The position numbers were made by a program, and so were the translations under genes. From a virus (taxonomy: Duplodnaviria > Caudoviricetes), in IMG/VR virus record IMGVR_UViG_3300013137_000001, positions 1-56,876 of that record: a stretch of DNA of 56,876 nt. One strand, written 5' to 3'. Under the pieces are notes generated by a model. That model did not search any database and had not been told where the DNA came from. It was given only the letters and a program-made list of their open reading frames with translations. This document shows positions 9,412 to 20,189 of this stretch, piece by piece. Positions within the stretch are counted from its first letter, which is position 1; each line of letters starts with the position of its first letter.

Positions 9412-9948
9412 TTATATCCATGTTTTAGCTAATGCTATCCTTCTCCATGTATTGGCATTAACACAAATGTATAAATAGTTATCATCATAACCTACCCATC
9501 CCTCAGTACCTGTATCGATGTTAGATGAAGGAACTCCTTCAAACATTACCATCGCCATACCTGTTCTGTTTGGGAATGTTATTATTTTATCACTTGCTGT
9601 CAATGCTTCGTTAGTTAAAGTTAACGAGTAATCAGCTGCACCTAATGCAACATCAACGATAATCTTACCTGTAACGGAATCTGAATCTACGGTAAAAATA
9701 TTTTCCGTTGTTCCTGTATCAGTATTTTGTGTATGCGAAGTATTCGCTATCCACTTTAATCCTGTTTCTTCAATATCGTCCCTTACTAATATATATCCAT
9801 CAACTCCTCCTGCCAATACAGTTGGTACATGGGAAGCATTTGCTGATAAAAGTCCTCCTTTTGCTATATTAACATTATTTTCTGCAAATTCAGGACCAGG
9901 ATTCGCAGTATTCTGTGTTAATATAATGTCATATTGTGCTAGTGCCAT
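9412..9948 (-). CDS. Tail fibre-like structural protein
   Basis: ETGLKW segment and C-terminal GTEG..GYDDNYLYICVNANTWRR trimeric fibre motif. Confidence 0.6.
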   Translation of the reverse strand: MALAQYDIILTQNTANPGPEFAENNVNIAKGGLLSANASHVPTVLAGGVDGYILVRDDIEETGLKWIANTSHTQNTDTGTTENIFTVDSDSVTGKIIVDVALGAADYSLTLTNEALTASDKIITFPNRTGMAMVMFEGVPSSNIDTGTEGWVGYDDNYLYICVNANTWRRIALAKTWI

Positions 9949-10184
9949 TATTCCTCCTCTACATATATTTGATATTTAATTCTCACATGTTCATTTCCAT
10001 CAAGTATCATTTTCAATATTTCCTGTATACTCTGTTTATTAAGTATAATACCACAAAAGTATTTATTCCCGATAGTTTCATCAATAATTGCTCTTTTGTG
10101 TTCAATTTCAATATTGATTTTTTCTTCTTCTTCCTTAAGTTCTTTTTGTAACTCAGTAATCTGTTTTACTAATCTCTTTCTCAT
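9948..10184 (-). CDS. Hypothetical coiled-coil protein
   Basis: 78 aa, coupled to neighbours. Confidence 0.55.
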   Translation of the reverse strand: MRKRLVKQITELQKELKEEEEKINIEIEHKRAIIDETIGNKYFCGIILNKQSIQEILKMILDGNEHVRIKYQIYVEEE

Positions 10185-10191
10185 ATTAATC

Positions 10192-10413
10192 CTATGTATT
10201 CATTAATGTAAATTTTTTCCATATTGCAACACCTACAATTCCTCCCGTAGTACAAAGATAAAAGTAATCATCGTCATAATAACATTCGCCTATGCTACCT
10301 GCATCTACTCCCGTTTGCTTCGTACCAAATAATATATTTTGATACTTAGGTATATATTCTAAACCATTGTTGTTAATTCTTGGATTACCATATACTATAC
10401 CGTTAACTCCCAT
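10192..10413 (-). CDS. Small fibre-motif protein
   Basis: GSIGECYYDDDYFYLC...WKK, the same motif as the end of 9412-9948. Confidence 0.55.
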   Translation of the reverse strand: MGVNGIVYGNPRINNNGLEYIPKYQNILFGTKQTGVDAGSIGECYYDDDYFYLCTTGGIVGVAIWKKFTLMNT

Positions 10414-11096
10414 TATCTCGCCATTACGTAATATTCAGAATCATTACAATCTACAAATAATCTGAGCCAACACTCTATTGCCTCATCAATCAGAATTATT
10501 CCCGTATAAGCGTTTCCTGTTGCGTTTAACTCAAGAGGACCCGTTTCTTTTGCGACAGCGAAATTAGCCCAATCAACACCATTAAGGGAATATTCTACTT
10601 TGGCATTTGTAATCCCCGTAATTGTGTCAAGATTAATCACCTGAAACAATATCGCCTCATTTTTCCTGCTTTTCTTGATAACAAAATATCCGTCAACTTC
10701 ATATTTTTCTGCAATAAGTACCTTGTTGTTATTGAATATTTTTGTTCCAGGTTCGGTTGTACCAGGACATATTCCCCATTGGATTACATTAGCTATATTT
10801 GCATTATCTACAATTTCAGCAGGATTTTTGCATATTAGATACAGATATTTATTCGTATGGTCAATTCTATCAATTGTATACGAATCAATATTGGTATTTC
10901 CTGATGTTCTTAACATTGCTTTCATTCCACTTATCCATAATGAAACAAGAGGATCAGAAGCTAAAGTTAACCTCACTGTCTTTGGTCCTGCTTTTGCCTT
11001 AGCTGAAACATTTATTGCAGCAGGAGTTCCCTGTATATTCTGTCTTTGCAATATACCAAATTCGTGCTGACCGAAACTATAGTTTAATGGTATCAT
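10413..11096 (-). CDS. Virion structural protein (beta-sandwich-like C-terminus)
   Basis: 227 aa, VEYSLNGVDW motif, GGAG SD. Confidence 0.55.
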   Translation of the reverse strand: MIPLNYSFGQHEFGILQRQNIQGTPAAINVSAKAKAGPKTVRLTLASDPLVSLWISGMKAMLRTSGNTNIDSYTIDRIDHTNKYLYLICKNPAEIVDNANIANVIQWGICPGTTEPGTKIFNNNKVLIAEKYEVDGYFVIKKSRKNEAILFQVINLDTITGITNAKVEYSLNGVDWANFAVAKETGPLELNATGNAYTGIILIDEAIECWLRLFVDCNDSEYYVMAR

Positions 11097-11105
11097 TTTT
11101 ACTCC

Positions 11106-12377
11106 TTAAAATAATTTTACTATTTCTCTTATATTCACTCTATTTTCTTCTAAATTGTTTTCTTTATTTCCTAAAAAAGTAATCGCTATTCTCTCGTATC
11201 TTTTTTCTATTAGCATAGCATCATCAACTATTTGACTACCTCCATAAATATACGGTACTACCCTTACATAACCCGAACCACCATCTTTAACCCTATGACC
11301 ATATATTTTATACCAAAACATTATACAATCACCTTCTTCGCAATATATCTCTAAACTTCCATTCAAATTTATATCAGGTTTATAAAATAATCCATTGTTA
11401 CATCCTGTATCCGTATTCGGATAAAGAGTAGTTACTGCTCCATATCCCGTTAAAGCACTATAATCAAAACCAGGTTCCTGTTCTCCGAAATTCCCTCTTT
11501 CATCTATAAGATATAATTGATTCTCGTTTGGACTTCCTGTATCATTATATTCTATTGGATTGTGCCATTCATATGTAGGAGGCTCATCGAATATTTGAGC
11601 ATTAGTACATTTTTCTGCAATGAGCATCCCTTTTTCTATTGTATCGTATACTTTGTACTGTATAGCCGCAGTATCATTACAGAATCTTGCTTTAAGGTAT
11701 ACTTGTATATCAAATTTATATACTCCACTTTCAGTAGGACAAAAGAAAAATACATCTTTTTCAAAAGTTCCTGCATTTTCAGAGTATTTTCTGTTTGTAC
11801 TTACATTCACATAATCAAGAGTATCTTCGTGTACTTCTGTGCTATATCGCATTGGTATCCATCCATCTCCGTTATTCGTTTGTGGATATGGTCTTCCAAA
11901 GTACTGTGGTTGCCTGTTTACAATATCTATGTAATCATAATCAGGTGGAACAGATGAATATCCGAATCTATCTCCTGCTGACTTTGTATCTATTGTTTCC
12001 AAAGAACCCGAATCTATTACGTAATCATTATCTTCTAAAGATTCCCATAAAGTATTATAGTTATTTATATCCGCTGTTTCCGATTTTTCTACACTTACTC
12101 TGACTTCGTTCTTATCCCATTTTTGCACTTTGAACTTATATTGCTCACTATCGAGAAAGTTTATTTCCATTGTCTTTGGTTGTACCTCAGTACCATTATG
12201 GCTCACCATTAAGTCCCATAGTCCCTTGGACAAACTGTCTGAAATTGGTCTGATTATATCCTCTAAAACCGCTAAATCCTTATCTGCCCTACCGAATGCT
12301 TTAGCCACACGCTCAAATTCTACCTGGACATCTCTGTCCTTATGTATTAACGATGTTTGTCCGAAATTTATAGCCAT
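11106..12377 (-). CDS. Tail-associated structural protein (C1q/TNF-like C-terminal pattern)
   Basis: 423 aa, FFCPTESGVYKF...LEIYCEEGDCI; follows the nozzle gene. Confidence 0.5.
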   Translation of the reverse strand: MAINFGQTSLIHKDRDVQVEFERVAKAFGRADKDLAVLEDIIRPISDSLSKGLWDLMVSHNGTEVQPKTMEINFLDSEQYKFKVQKWDKNEVRVSVEKSETADINNYNTLWESLEDNDYVIDSGSLETIDTKSAGDRFGYSSVPPDYDYIDIVNRQPQYFGRPYPQTNNGDGWIPMRYSTEVHEDTLDYVNVSTNRKYSENAGTFEKDVFFFCPTESGVYKFDIQVYLKARFCNDTAAIQYKVYDTIEKGMLIAEKCTNAQIFDEPPTYEWHNPIEYNDTGSPNENQLYLIDERGNFGEQEPGFDYSALTGYGAVTTLYPNTDTGCNNGLFYKPDINLNGSLEIYCEEGDCIMFWYKIYGHRVKDGGSGYVRVVPYIYGGSQIVDDAMLIEKRYERIAITFLGNKENNLEENRVNIREIVKLF

Positions 12378-15300
12378 TACTGAATCCTTCTTTTATAGAT
12401 ATTTACTTTTATTTGTATAGTTTTCAGTTTAGCCGTAAGTTCACTTATGAACTTGAATCTCATCAATCGCCCCTTTATTCCAATAGGGGATAGTACATTT
12501 ATACTTTCTCTACCAACTCCTTGCTTAGTATTTTCATCATCGTAAAATTCTCCACCTGTAGCCGTAGGTAATTGCATCATACCCAAAAATGGATTATTTG
12601 TTCCCTTGGCTATCATATTATGCTTTATTAAGTCATACCATCCGGAATTACTCAATAATTCTATTAATTCTTCTGTACCTGTAGGATTGTATTTCATTTT
12701 GATTTTGCGATACATAGCTTTCGCCTGGTCTACCCATTGCCTATTTCTTGTTTCTACGGAAAATACCGGATCACAAAGGAAATCATGGTCAGTTAAATCT
12801 ACCTGAGTGGTAATGTCGTAAGGTACACATTCGATTATAGCGCTATGTAATTGAAAATCGTTTATTCCGTCTCCAATTTCATGTGTAACGATTTCACCGG
12901 TTATATCTCTTTTGCTGTTATTGTCAGATTCTATACCTGTCGTATTTACGGGATATTCGTCTTTTAACGAGGTTTTATCGTTATACCCATAGTAAGTGAT
13001 GGAATCGTCCCAATTCAGTCCATACTGATAAACCAATGAGTAAATTTTGCCATTATTAAACTTAGTTCTGTGATACTTTGAATAGCATACAATAGCATCA
13101 GGTACCGTAATATAATCCTGATCTCTTGTAATATTATATTTTTCTATTCTCCAATTTTTGTTCGCAAAGTTAAATATTAACCTGATTTCATGCGTAAATG
13201 CCCATATGTTTTCAGTATAACTTCCTGTCGGTGTAGATATCACTAATTCATTATTTTCTGTTTCATAATTAAATTCTAGATACTCATTATAACCTTTTTC
13301 TTCAATTAGTATTTCTCCAACATCATATAAATTAGTATATATATAAGGTTTAGCATACATTAATAATGCCCAAATACCATTAATTAATAACATGGATTCT
13401 ACATTATTACTAATGCTTTCCGGTAATCCTCCTTGACTTATCCATACTCCATTTTCATTTCCATATATAAATCCATGAGGAGTATTAATTATCGTTTTAG
13501 GTGAGTAAGTCCCCGCTGATTCTATTGCTTCCGCAAATTCCCATGTACTTACATCTGCTATATTAGGCATTATTATTCTATAGTGTTGATTTCTGTTGAA
13601 TACCAATAATTGCTCTCTGAATTCCATTAATGCAGTAATTGGTTCATGTCCTATCTGTATTTTTTCTTCTTCTATAAATACATCTGGAGCAATTACTCCA
13701 CCTTGTACATTCGAATATCTTAATATAGCTTGTTCATCAGTTGCAATAAAAGTTCTTCCCTTTATAACGCAGATACAATTTGCACCGGTTCCTTTCCATA
13801 TTTTACCGGAAGATTGCAAATTAAGCGGTGTTCGTGCAGAAGGATAATCCCATAACAAGAAATCAGGTGTCCAATATTGATCTTTTTGACTATCATCAGG
13901 ATCATCGTTAAATTCACGTATAGCACCAACTACAAAAGGATTAAAATTGGCATTTGTAATATCTCTCGCTTCGGGGTATCTGTGTCCATTTACTTCTATT
14001 GCGCCTTCTTGCGGTATAGCATAATATACTTCTTCGGTACTATTGACTATATCCGTAGTTTTTTTCCATGCGTTCGTACTTCTTTTATTAACAGCATAAT
14101 CATTTACTTCTATATTTGCCGTATCATCTATATTATCTCCAAGTCCATCTATTATAAATTCCTTCGCTAGTCTATAATGACTATTTGAATCAGGTGATTT
14201 GTTGTTCTTTATTGCAGGAAACATATAAGCATCAGGAGGTGATATATAAGCATCAACTCCCTGACTTCTTAGCCATCCATTTTTTACATCAGGTTCCGAT
14301 ACGTAAACTTTTATACTTGATACTCCGGTACTGATTATTTTCTTATATCCTTCTTCGGTTATTCTCAATGTCATGTATAATACGGGATAAAGATAAGTTT
14401 CTCCTTCAAACAATATATTAGTTCTTTCGGAATCATCATGTTCTTTTGAAGCAGAGTAACAAGGAGCTATCCACATATTTTTTCCATCAAATTGCGGACT
14501 ATTTTCATTTGTTTCTAAATTTAACCTTACTGCTGCCCTTATAGTCCCGGAACATAACATATCAGTAGTTCTTCTAAAATTTGACATTGATGAAGACAAC
14601 GGAATCGCTCCGTTTCTAATTATATAATCATCTTTTAATGCTATAACTTCTATTCCATTAATTACGTAAGTAACCAATATAGGTATTCTTTCTTCCTTTA
14701 ACCACATTCTAGGTAAGTATCCCTTCGAGTAATCAGGTAAACATGTAGTTACAACTGAATACACATCTTTCTTGAGTATTTCCCTTGTTTCTTGTGCATG
14801 ATAGCGTATTCTGCCAATTGGAATCACTTTTACCGTTGTATCATCAGTAGCTAAAAAAGTCTTTATATTTATATCGGTTTTTGCATAGTAATAATAGTAA
14901 TCTTGTGCTATCGGAGTTGACGCATCATCTATTGCTGCATTCTCCCCTATTTCATCTTTTATGCAATTAAGCATTAATTTTTCTACTTTATCACCATTTA
15001 ATACCTCGAAAGTACTGTACAAAGGTACATTTTTCAGTGTTTCTAAGCTATTCGGAGGGTCACTGTTATCTTTAAGTTTATCAAAATAAGGATTGCAGTA
15101 TAAATCATTTTCCCATAATACTAAAGAAATATCAGATAATTCCGCATTATCGTCAACATTACCATTGACATATTTTCTAATTCCCTGTGTATCTGCAAAA
15201 GCAAGTCCTGTCATATTTTCCATATTGACACTTGGCTCATATACTTTCCATAAATTATAATCTTCTTTAGCAAGAGTTAATCCTAATCCATTCCAAAACT

Positions 15301-15955
15301 GATTGTCATTTTCTAACTTCTTAGTTAAATCCCAATTTTTCCACATATATACGGGAAACATTAGTTTATCAGCTTTTGTCTTAGTATTATCAGGATATTC
15401 ATTTAGTAACTTAGTAACAAATAATAAACTTTCTCCATATCTGCAAGAATCCATTAATGTACCTAATGGATACCAGCCTGGGAATGGAACAGAATTTACA
15501 TTGTTATCCCTGAATATTTCATGCCATCCCGTTTCGTAATTATTTCCATCGTATTTATAGGTAAATCCAAGTATTCCGGTTGCTTCCACATAAGTACCAA
15601 GTCCAATATCACCTATGTAATAATCATCTCCGTCTGATTCAACTCTTCGCTTAAAGAATATTACATAAGTATCATTAATTTTCGGATTAGCCGTTTTTAA
15701 TAACTTTGCATGTAATACAAGATTACTTTTGTTCGTAGTTTTATCGGTGAGATAATCGAGTATATCAAGTTTAGTCGAAGAAGGCGAGTATATCTTTTGT
15801 CCTTCCCTTTTTACCAAACTCCTTATTTCCTTGTTAGGGTCATAATTACACAAATATAATACGGAATCATAGTAACCTTCTTTCAGTAATTCCTTCTGAT
15901 TAAAGTTTTCTACAATGCCTCTGTCGAAACTCAGTATCCGTATTTCCTTTTGCAT
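12377..15955 (-). CDS. Tail nozzle/stabilisation protein (P22 gp10 / T7 gp12-like role)
   Basis: 1192 aa; propeller-like segment ILRYS...EPITALMEFREQLLVF...GTYSPKTI; position after ring proteins. Confidence 0.7.
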   Translation of the reverse strand: MQKEIRILSFDRGIVENFNQKELLKEGYYDSVLYLCNYDPNKEIRSLVKREGQKIYSPSSTKLDILDYLTDKTTNKSNLVLHAKLLKTANPKINDTYVIFFKRRVESDGDDYYIGDIGLGTYVEATGILGFTYKYDGNNYETGWHEIFRDNNVNSVPFPGWYPLGTLMDSCRYGESLLFVTKLLNEYPDNTKTKADKLMFPVYMWKNWDLTKKLENDNQFWNGLGLTLAKEDYNLWKVYEPSVNMENMTGLAFADTQGIRKYVNGNVDDNAELSDISLVLWENDLYCNPYFDKLKDNSDPPNSLETLKNVPLYSTFEVLNGDKVEKLMLNCIKDEIGENAAIDDASTPIAQDYYYYYAKTDINIKTFLATDDTTVKVIPIGRIRYHAQETREILKKDVYSVVTTCLPDYSKGYLPRMWLKEERIPILVTYVINGIEVIALKDDYIIRNGAIPLSSSMSNFRRTTDMLCSGTIRAAVRLNLETNENSPQFDGKNMWIAPCYSASKEHDDSERTNILFEGETYLYPVLYMTLRITEEGYKKIISTGVSSIKVYVSEPDVKNGWLRSQGVDAYISPPDAYMFPAIKNNKSPDSNSHYRLAKEFIIDGLGDNIDDTANIEVNDYAVNKRSTNAWKKTTDIVNSTEEVYYAIPQEGAIEVNGHRYPEARDITNANFNPFVVGAIREFNDDPDDSQKDQYWTPDFLLWDYPSARTPLNLQSSGKIWKGTGANCICVIKGRTFIATDEQAILRYSNVQGGVIAPDVFIEEEKIQIGHEPITALMEFREQLLVFNRNQHYRIIMPNIADVSTWEFAEAIESAGTYSPKTIINTPHGFIYGNENGVWISQGGLPESISNNVESMLLINGIWALLMYAKPYIYTNLYDVGEILIEEKGYNEYLEFNYETENNELVISTPTGSYTENIWAFTHEIRLIFNFANKNWRIEKYNITRDQDYITVPDAIVCYSKYHRTKFNNGKIYSLVYQYGLNWDDSITYYGYNDKTSLKDEYPVNTTGIESDNNSKRDITGEIVTHEIGDGINDFQLHSAIIECVPYDITTQVDLTDHDFLCDPVFSVETRNRQWVDQAKAMYRKIKMKYNPTGTEELIELLSNSGWYDLIKHNMIAKGTNNPFLGMMQLPTATGGEFYDDENTKQGVGRESINVLSPIGIKGRLMRFKFISELTAKLKTIQIKVNIYKRRIQ

Positions 15956-15972
15956 TAATATTATATTCCGCT

Positions 15973-17061
15973 TTATTGTTCATATTCTGTTTCAGGTAAC
16001 CAATTAATAGGTTGTATCGTAATACTGCTATTATTGTCCCTTAATTTCTTTGCATATCCCATAGCATCCGTAAGTTCTTGCCTGTACATTTCTTTAGCTC
16101 TTACAGATACTTGATTGAATCTATCTGCTCCTCTGCTCCAGAGTTCTTCAGTAACTAACCATTGTAATCCCCATCTAAACGTATCATACAGAAAATCGGG
16201 TATCTGCACAGGCAATACTGCATTTGGGTCCCACATTGTCAAGGGATTGTCTCTGAATGGTTTTCCGCTGATATAATCTATGACACATAGTTCATTTAGA
16301 TAAAAACTACCTCCAAAAAGCAAATTAATACTTCCGTCCATTTGCCCTATCGGATCGACAAATTGCGTTAAAAATTGATTTTGTCCGAGCATGGTATTAT
16401 TTATCGAAAAACTGTTATTGCCGGAAATAGTCCTCGCAATTGCCTGTTGCGAATATTCCTGACACTCATTCCATCCGGTTAAATCATTTCCTACTCCATC
16501 GGTATAAGATCCTGAACTTCCTCTTATTACTCTGATAATCCTGAATGGTGATAACTCCGTTGTATTAAAAGTATAGGGCAATCTGACATCGTATACTTCG
16601 CTTCCACTGTATCCATAGAAGTCCCAATAAGTAGTATTAGGGGGTTCGTCATCTGCTGTTGCCGTGTGGCTCTGTATTGATCGATAAAATACAGGTCCGT
16701 CAATGTATGTAATTGTGTTTTGGTTATATACTGTTCCGATTGCCCATGGGTCTATTTGTGTCCAATATGCTGAATCTAAAATAAATGTCGTTGCTGATGT
16801 ATGACTAAGATCACAAAAATAATAATTACCACTATTTTCACATATTTGCCCATTGGTATAATTGGTACTTGCTGACCACGCAGAAGCCATAGGATTAGGT
16901 GTTATTGTATGCCTCGCTATCCATATTTCAGTTTCACGTGCCACTTTTTCCGCAAGACGATTCATTGTTTCAATGTACTCGCCCGGATGAAATAAATCCA
17001 TAGATAAATCACCTATTGCACTTTGTACTTTGCTAAATATATTTACTACATTAATTGGCAT
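15973..17061 (-). CDS. Head-tail ring/adaptor protein with two inserted CBM5/12-like repeats
   Basis: Adaptor-like helical ends; repeats WSASTNYTNGQ..YYFCDLSHTS and WAIGTVYNQN..FYRSIQSHTA. Confidence 0.65.
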   Translation of the reverse strand: MPINVVNIFSKVQSAIGDLSMDLFHPGEYIETMNRLAEKVARETEIWIARHTITPNPMASAWSASTNYTNGQICENSGNYYFCDLSHTSATTFILDSAYWTQIDPWAIGTVYNQNTITYIDGPVFYRSIQSHTATADDEPPNTTYWDFYGYSGSEVYDVRLPYTFNTTELSPFRIIRVIRGSSGSYTDGVGNDLTGWNECQEYSQQAIARTISGNNSFSINNTMLGQNQFLTQFVDPIGQMDGSINLLFGGSFYLNELCVIDYISGKPFRDNPLTMWDPNAVLPVQIPDFLYDTFRWGLQWLVTEELWSRGADRFNQVSVRAKEMYRQELTDAMGYAKKLRDNNSSITIQPINWLPETEYEQ

Positions 17062-17062
17062 A

Positions 17063-17371
17063 TTATTTCTTTTTCTTTATTTTCATTATTCTCTTGTTGT
17101 ATTCTTTTTTGGAAATATTCTTTTCTAAAGTAGGTCTATCGCGATAATGAGATATTGTTCTTTCGTAAATTCTTCCTTTTTCATCTTCGACTAAATCTTT
17201 TTCGTCTGTAAAACCATAAGATTCTCTAGTAATCTTTGTATAGGGTCCCTTTTTAGCTAGCGGAGCAACAAGTTTCCCGTTTTTATAAGCCGCGGTTTTT
17301 CCTATTCTTTCTAACTCTCCACCTAAACCAGGTGTTCTGTTGTCTGGTAATTGTAAATCTCTCTTTGCCAT
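17063..17371 (-). CDS. Basic hypothetical protein
   Basis: 102 aa, Lys-rich C-terminus. Confidence 0.6.
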   Translation of the reverse strand: MAKRDLQLPDNRTPGLGGELERIGKTAAYKNGKLVAPLAKKGPYTKITRESYGFTDEKDLVEDEKGRIYERTISHYRDRPTLEKNISKKEYNKRIMKIKKKK

Positions 17372-17373
17372 AA

Positions 17374-17799
17374 TTATGTCTTTCTTAATCTTCTGTAACC
17401 TAATACTTTAATTTTGTTATAAGGAGCAATGCAAACCATGTTGCCTTGATTACCTCCTAATGTATAAATAAAATCATTTACTTCATTAATATAAAAAGCA
17501 ACATGCCCTTTCCATGAATTTTTGCTTTCTCTCCAAAACACCACTATATCACCTAATTCAGGTTCAACGATTTCTTCGCCTACTTCGAGCCAACTACGTG
17601 CATTTAACTTTTTGCTTCTTTCATAACCGGTTTCTTTAGCTACCCAATTGGCAAATGCACTGCATCCTGCTGTTTCATCATCGTTAACATTAAATCCACA
17701 GTCTTTGAAATACTTCAATATTTCAGGATTATGCTTGGATCCGGGTATTTCTCTATGTCCATATTCCCTAAGCGCTATATTGATAATATCTAAATTCAT
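17374..17799 (-). CDS. TIGR02594-like NlpC/P60 peptidoglycan hydrolase (endolysin candidate)
   Basis: EIPG.KHNP.I, DDETAGCSAF, ARSWL, GDIVVFWR, GHVAF, LGGNQ. Confidence 0.85.
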   Translation of the reverse strand: MNLDIINIALREYGHREIPGSKHNPEILKYFKDCGFNVNDDETAGCSAFANWVAKETGYERSKKLNARSWLEVGEEIVEPELGDIVVFWRESKNSWKGHVAFYINEVNDFIYTLGGNQGNMVCIAPYNKIKVLGYRRLRKT

Positions 17800-17800
17800 G

Positions 17801-18664
17801 TTAAATACCTCCCGGTGGTTGTATTCTATTTAAGTTTCTATCGTATCCCTGTTTAGCATTTACCTCAAATTGCCTTTTTGCATCTATCATAGAAGTGAGT
17901 TGCTGCGTTGCCTGGTTAATACTTTGTTCTATTTGTTTCGGAATATCCACATTAACCTGTTGCAATATACTTGCCTGTACCATATCAATAAGCAATTTAG
18001 CGTATCTATCAGGTAAATCTATATATTCATTAATCTGTGGTATATCTGTATCCTTTGTGTGCTTATAAGTCAAAGATGTTGATTCTGGTAACATATCATC
18101 CAATATTGGTTGTCTGTATCCTACAATAGCAAAATCTGCGGAAGAAACATCATAAGAAGAATGTTCTAATGCGTTCGCAGGACTATCAACGTCTTTGCCA
18201 AAAAACATCAGTATATCGCTTCCCAAATGTGTCCACGTAGCCGTTTGATCATGTTGCAAGTTCCATCCACTTCTCTGTTGTGTCATCATACTCAAATCCC
18301 ACTTGGATAAATTACCTATCCTTGTTCCATTGACTATATTTACTCTTTCAATGTGATGTATAAATCTATCTAAGTCCTGAAAAGTACTTAAATCTATTCT
18401 ATCCAATCCGGTCGGATGAGCAGTATCTAATGTTCCTAATATAGTTATTCCATACCAGGGTTCAGCAGCCAAAGAAAGTAAATCCGCTATGTGAGAAATA
18501 GCTGCGTTGATATGATAACGAATATTCATTTCCTGCACTTTTTCATTATTTTTTTGCTGAGTTAATACCTGTGCCTCTGAACTTATTCTGTAATAAGTCC
18601 AAAATTTGCTCAATGGTCTTAAGTGTACGATAGAGTCTTCTCCGTTTATACTAACTATTGGCAT
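17801..18664 (-). CDS. Probable neck/ring protein
   Basis: Likely start MPIVSING after GGAGG; IDLPDRYAKLLID adaptor-type motif. Confidence 0.55.
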   Translation of the reverse strand: MPIVSINGEDSIVHLRPLSKFWTYYRISSEAQVLTQQKNNEKVQEMNIRYHINAAISHIADLLSLAAEPWYGITILGTLDTAHPTGLDRIDLSTFQDLDRFIHHIERVNIVNGTRIGNLSKWDLSMMTQQRSGWNLQHDQTATWTHLGSDILMFFGKDVDSPANALEHSSYDVSSADFAIVGYRQPILDDMLPESTSLTYKHTKDTDIPQINEYIDLPDRYAKLLIDMVQASILQQVNVDIPKQIEQSINQATQQLTSMIDAKRQFEVNAKQGYDRNLNRIQPPGGI

Positions 18665-19430
18665 CTTGTCCTCCTTGTCCTCTTTGTCCAATAAATTCCA
18701 TTTGTAATGCAGCAAAAGCGTCTATATCCTGGCTTTCCTGCATAACATATAATTTTGCATAATTAAGTACTTTAGGAACAAATGTTTCCTCTATATCAAG
18801 ATCCATGTTCCAATTATAATCAGGGTCCGTTAAACTTATTGCATCCGCGGGATTTCTGGGATACTCGAGTAATCTTACGTAAATTTCGTTTCCATCAATT
18901 TCATCTTTATCATCGAAGAACATAAGACAACTTACTTCCGTATCATCTTTGTAAATCGCATAATGAGTACAAAATGCATCAAAGCCTTGCACGTTTCTCG
19001 AGTTTATCATTCCGTTAATATCTATTCCGTATCTTAATGGAATCGGATATTTCTTTCCGTTTGCATTATTGGTATATATATTCACTATATACATAAGTTT
19101 GTTGCCAAGTTCATCGAGAGTTCTTATCATGGTTCCATTACTAAAACTGCCTACAAAGTTTATCGTAAATATTCTGTTTGGCATGATTTGCTCAAGTATT
19201 CTTGATGCCGTTTCTTTGTCCAATGCCGCTATTGACATCAGTATTTCATGGTAAACCTTAAGTATAGCTCTATAAAGACAATTATCCCTCATATACCTTA
19301 ATATTCTTGCTCCATCAGGAATAGACGTAGGGGGACTTAGCTTAGTTGCTTCATCCCCGTTAACATCTAAAAAAGGTACAGCATCACCAATAGCTAACGC
19401 TAATGTTCTGTGTGCTTCCCAAATTGTCAT
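18651..19430 (-). CDS. Probable neck/ring protein
   Basis: 259 aa; LDIEETFVPKVLNYA adaptor-type C-terminus. Confidence 0.55.
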   Translation of the reverse strand: MTIWEAHRTLALAIGDAVPFLDVNGDEATKLSPPTSIPDGARILRYMRDNCLYRAILKVYHEILMSIAALDKETASRILEQIMPNRIFTINFVGSFSNGTMIRTLDELGNKLMYIVNIYTNNANGKKYPIPLRYGIDINGMINSRNVQGFDAFCTHYAIYKDDTEVSCLMFFDDKDEIDGNEIYVRLLEYPRNPADAISLTDPDYNWNMDLDIEETFVPKVLNYAKLYVMQESQDIDAFAALQMEFIGQRGQGGQDANS

Positions 19431-19723
19431 TATTCACCACCATCCATGATTAAGTCACTTCCATTGCAAATAATCATAGTTGCAACAGAAACATCCCCAG
19501 GTACATCTGCGTCTGAATCTATCACACCGGATGCAACTACCACGTATTCAAACTGTTGTCTTGCAACGACTGCCCCATCTCTTATGATTTTACTTACGTC
19601 AACATCATGGTCACCATCTACATTGACACCATCAATCAAAAGCAATATTTTGTCTCTCGGTGCCAAACTATCCAAATCAGTACTCAAATTTCTGAGTAAA
19701 TATGCTTGCTGTAAATTAGCCAT
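19430..19723 (-). CDS. Small acidic structural protein
   Basis: 97 aa, GGAG SD. Confidence 0.55.
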   Translation of the reverse strand: MANLQQAYLLRNLSTDLDSLAPRDKILLLIDGVNVDGDHDVDVSKIIRDGAVVARQQFEYVVVASGVIDSDADVPGDVSVATMIICNGSDLIMDGGE

Positions 19724-19736
19724 TTTATTCTCCTTA

Positions 19737-20189
19737 TTAATTACTTACTACTTTATATGTTTTAGTTACCAATGTAACTGTATTATAATTATTATTCGTC
19801 AAATTCAAATATAGATATATTCTATATACTCCGGCTACACGACTTATCGCATTTGTAAAAACAGATGTTTCTCCTGATCCAAGAGAAAAACTCGAAGATC
19901 CATCAGACAAAGTAAGGGTATTTGTCGTAGGAGACAAACTTCCATCCTTGGTAGTCCAATTGTAAGTAATGTAACCCTGTATACTATCAGTTGAAAAATT
20001 AACATTGAAACCCACGCTGTCCCCTGAGATTGGTACAGCTGTACCACCCTCAGTTACAGTAAGTATTTTCGTTTCATCTGCTGTAAACGAAGTTGTGTGA
20101 GTAATAATCAATTTCTCGGTTATTGTTATTGCTCCTGCCACCATAACGAATGACAGGAGTAATATAACAAATATTTTCAGGTTTTTCAC
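19737..20189 (-). CDS. Beta-rich protein with N-terminal signal peptide
   Basis: MKNLKIFVILLLSFVMVAGA, AxA cleavage site. Confidence 0.65.
   Translation of the reverse strand: MKNLKIFVILLLSFVMVAGAITITEKLIITHTTSFTADETKILTVTEGGTAVPISGDSVGFNVNFSTDSIQGYITYNWTTKDGSLSPTTNTLTLSDGSSSFSLGSGETSVFTNAISRVAGVYRIYLYLNLTNNNYNTVTLVTKTYKVVSN

Noticed and set aside
16931-16945. Second parS
   Set aside because: Only a half site (GTTTCACGTG), inside a coding region
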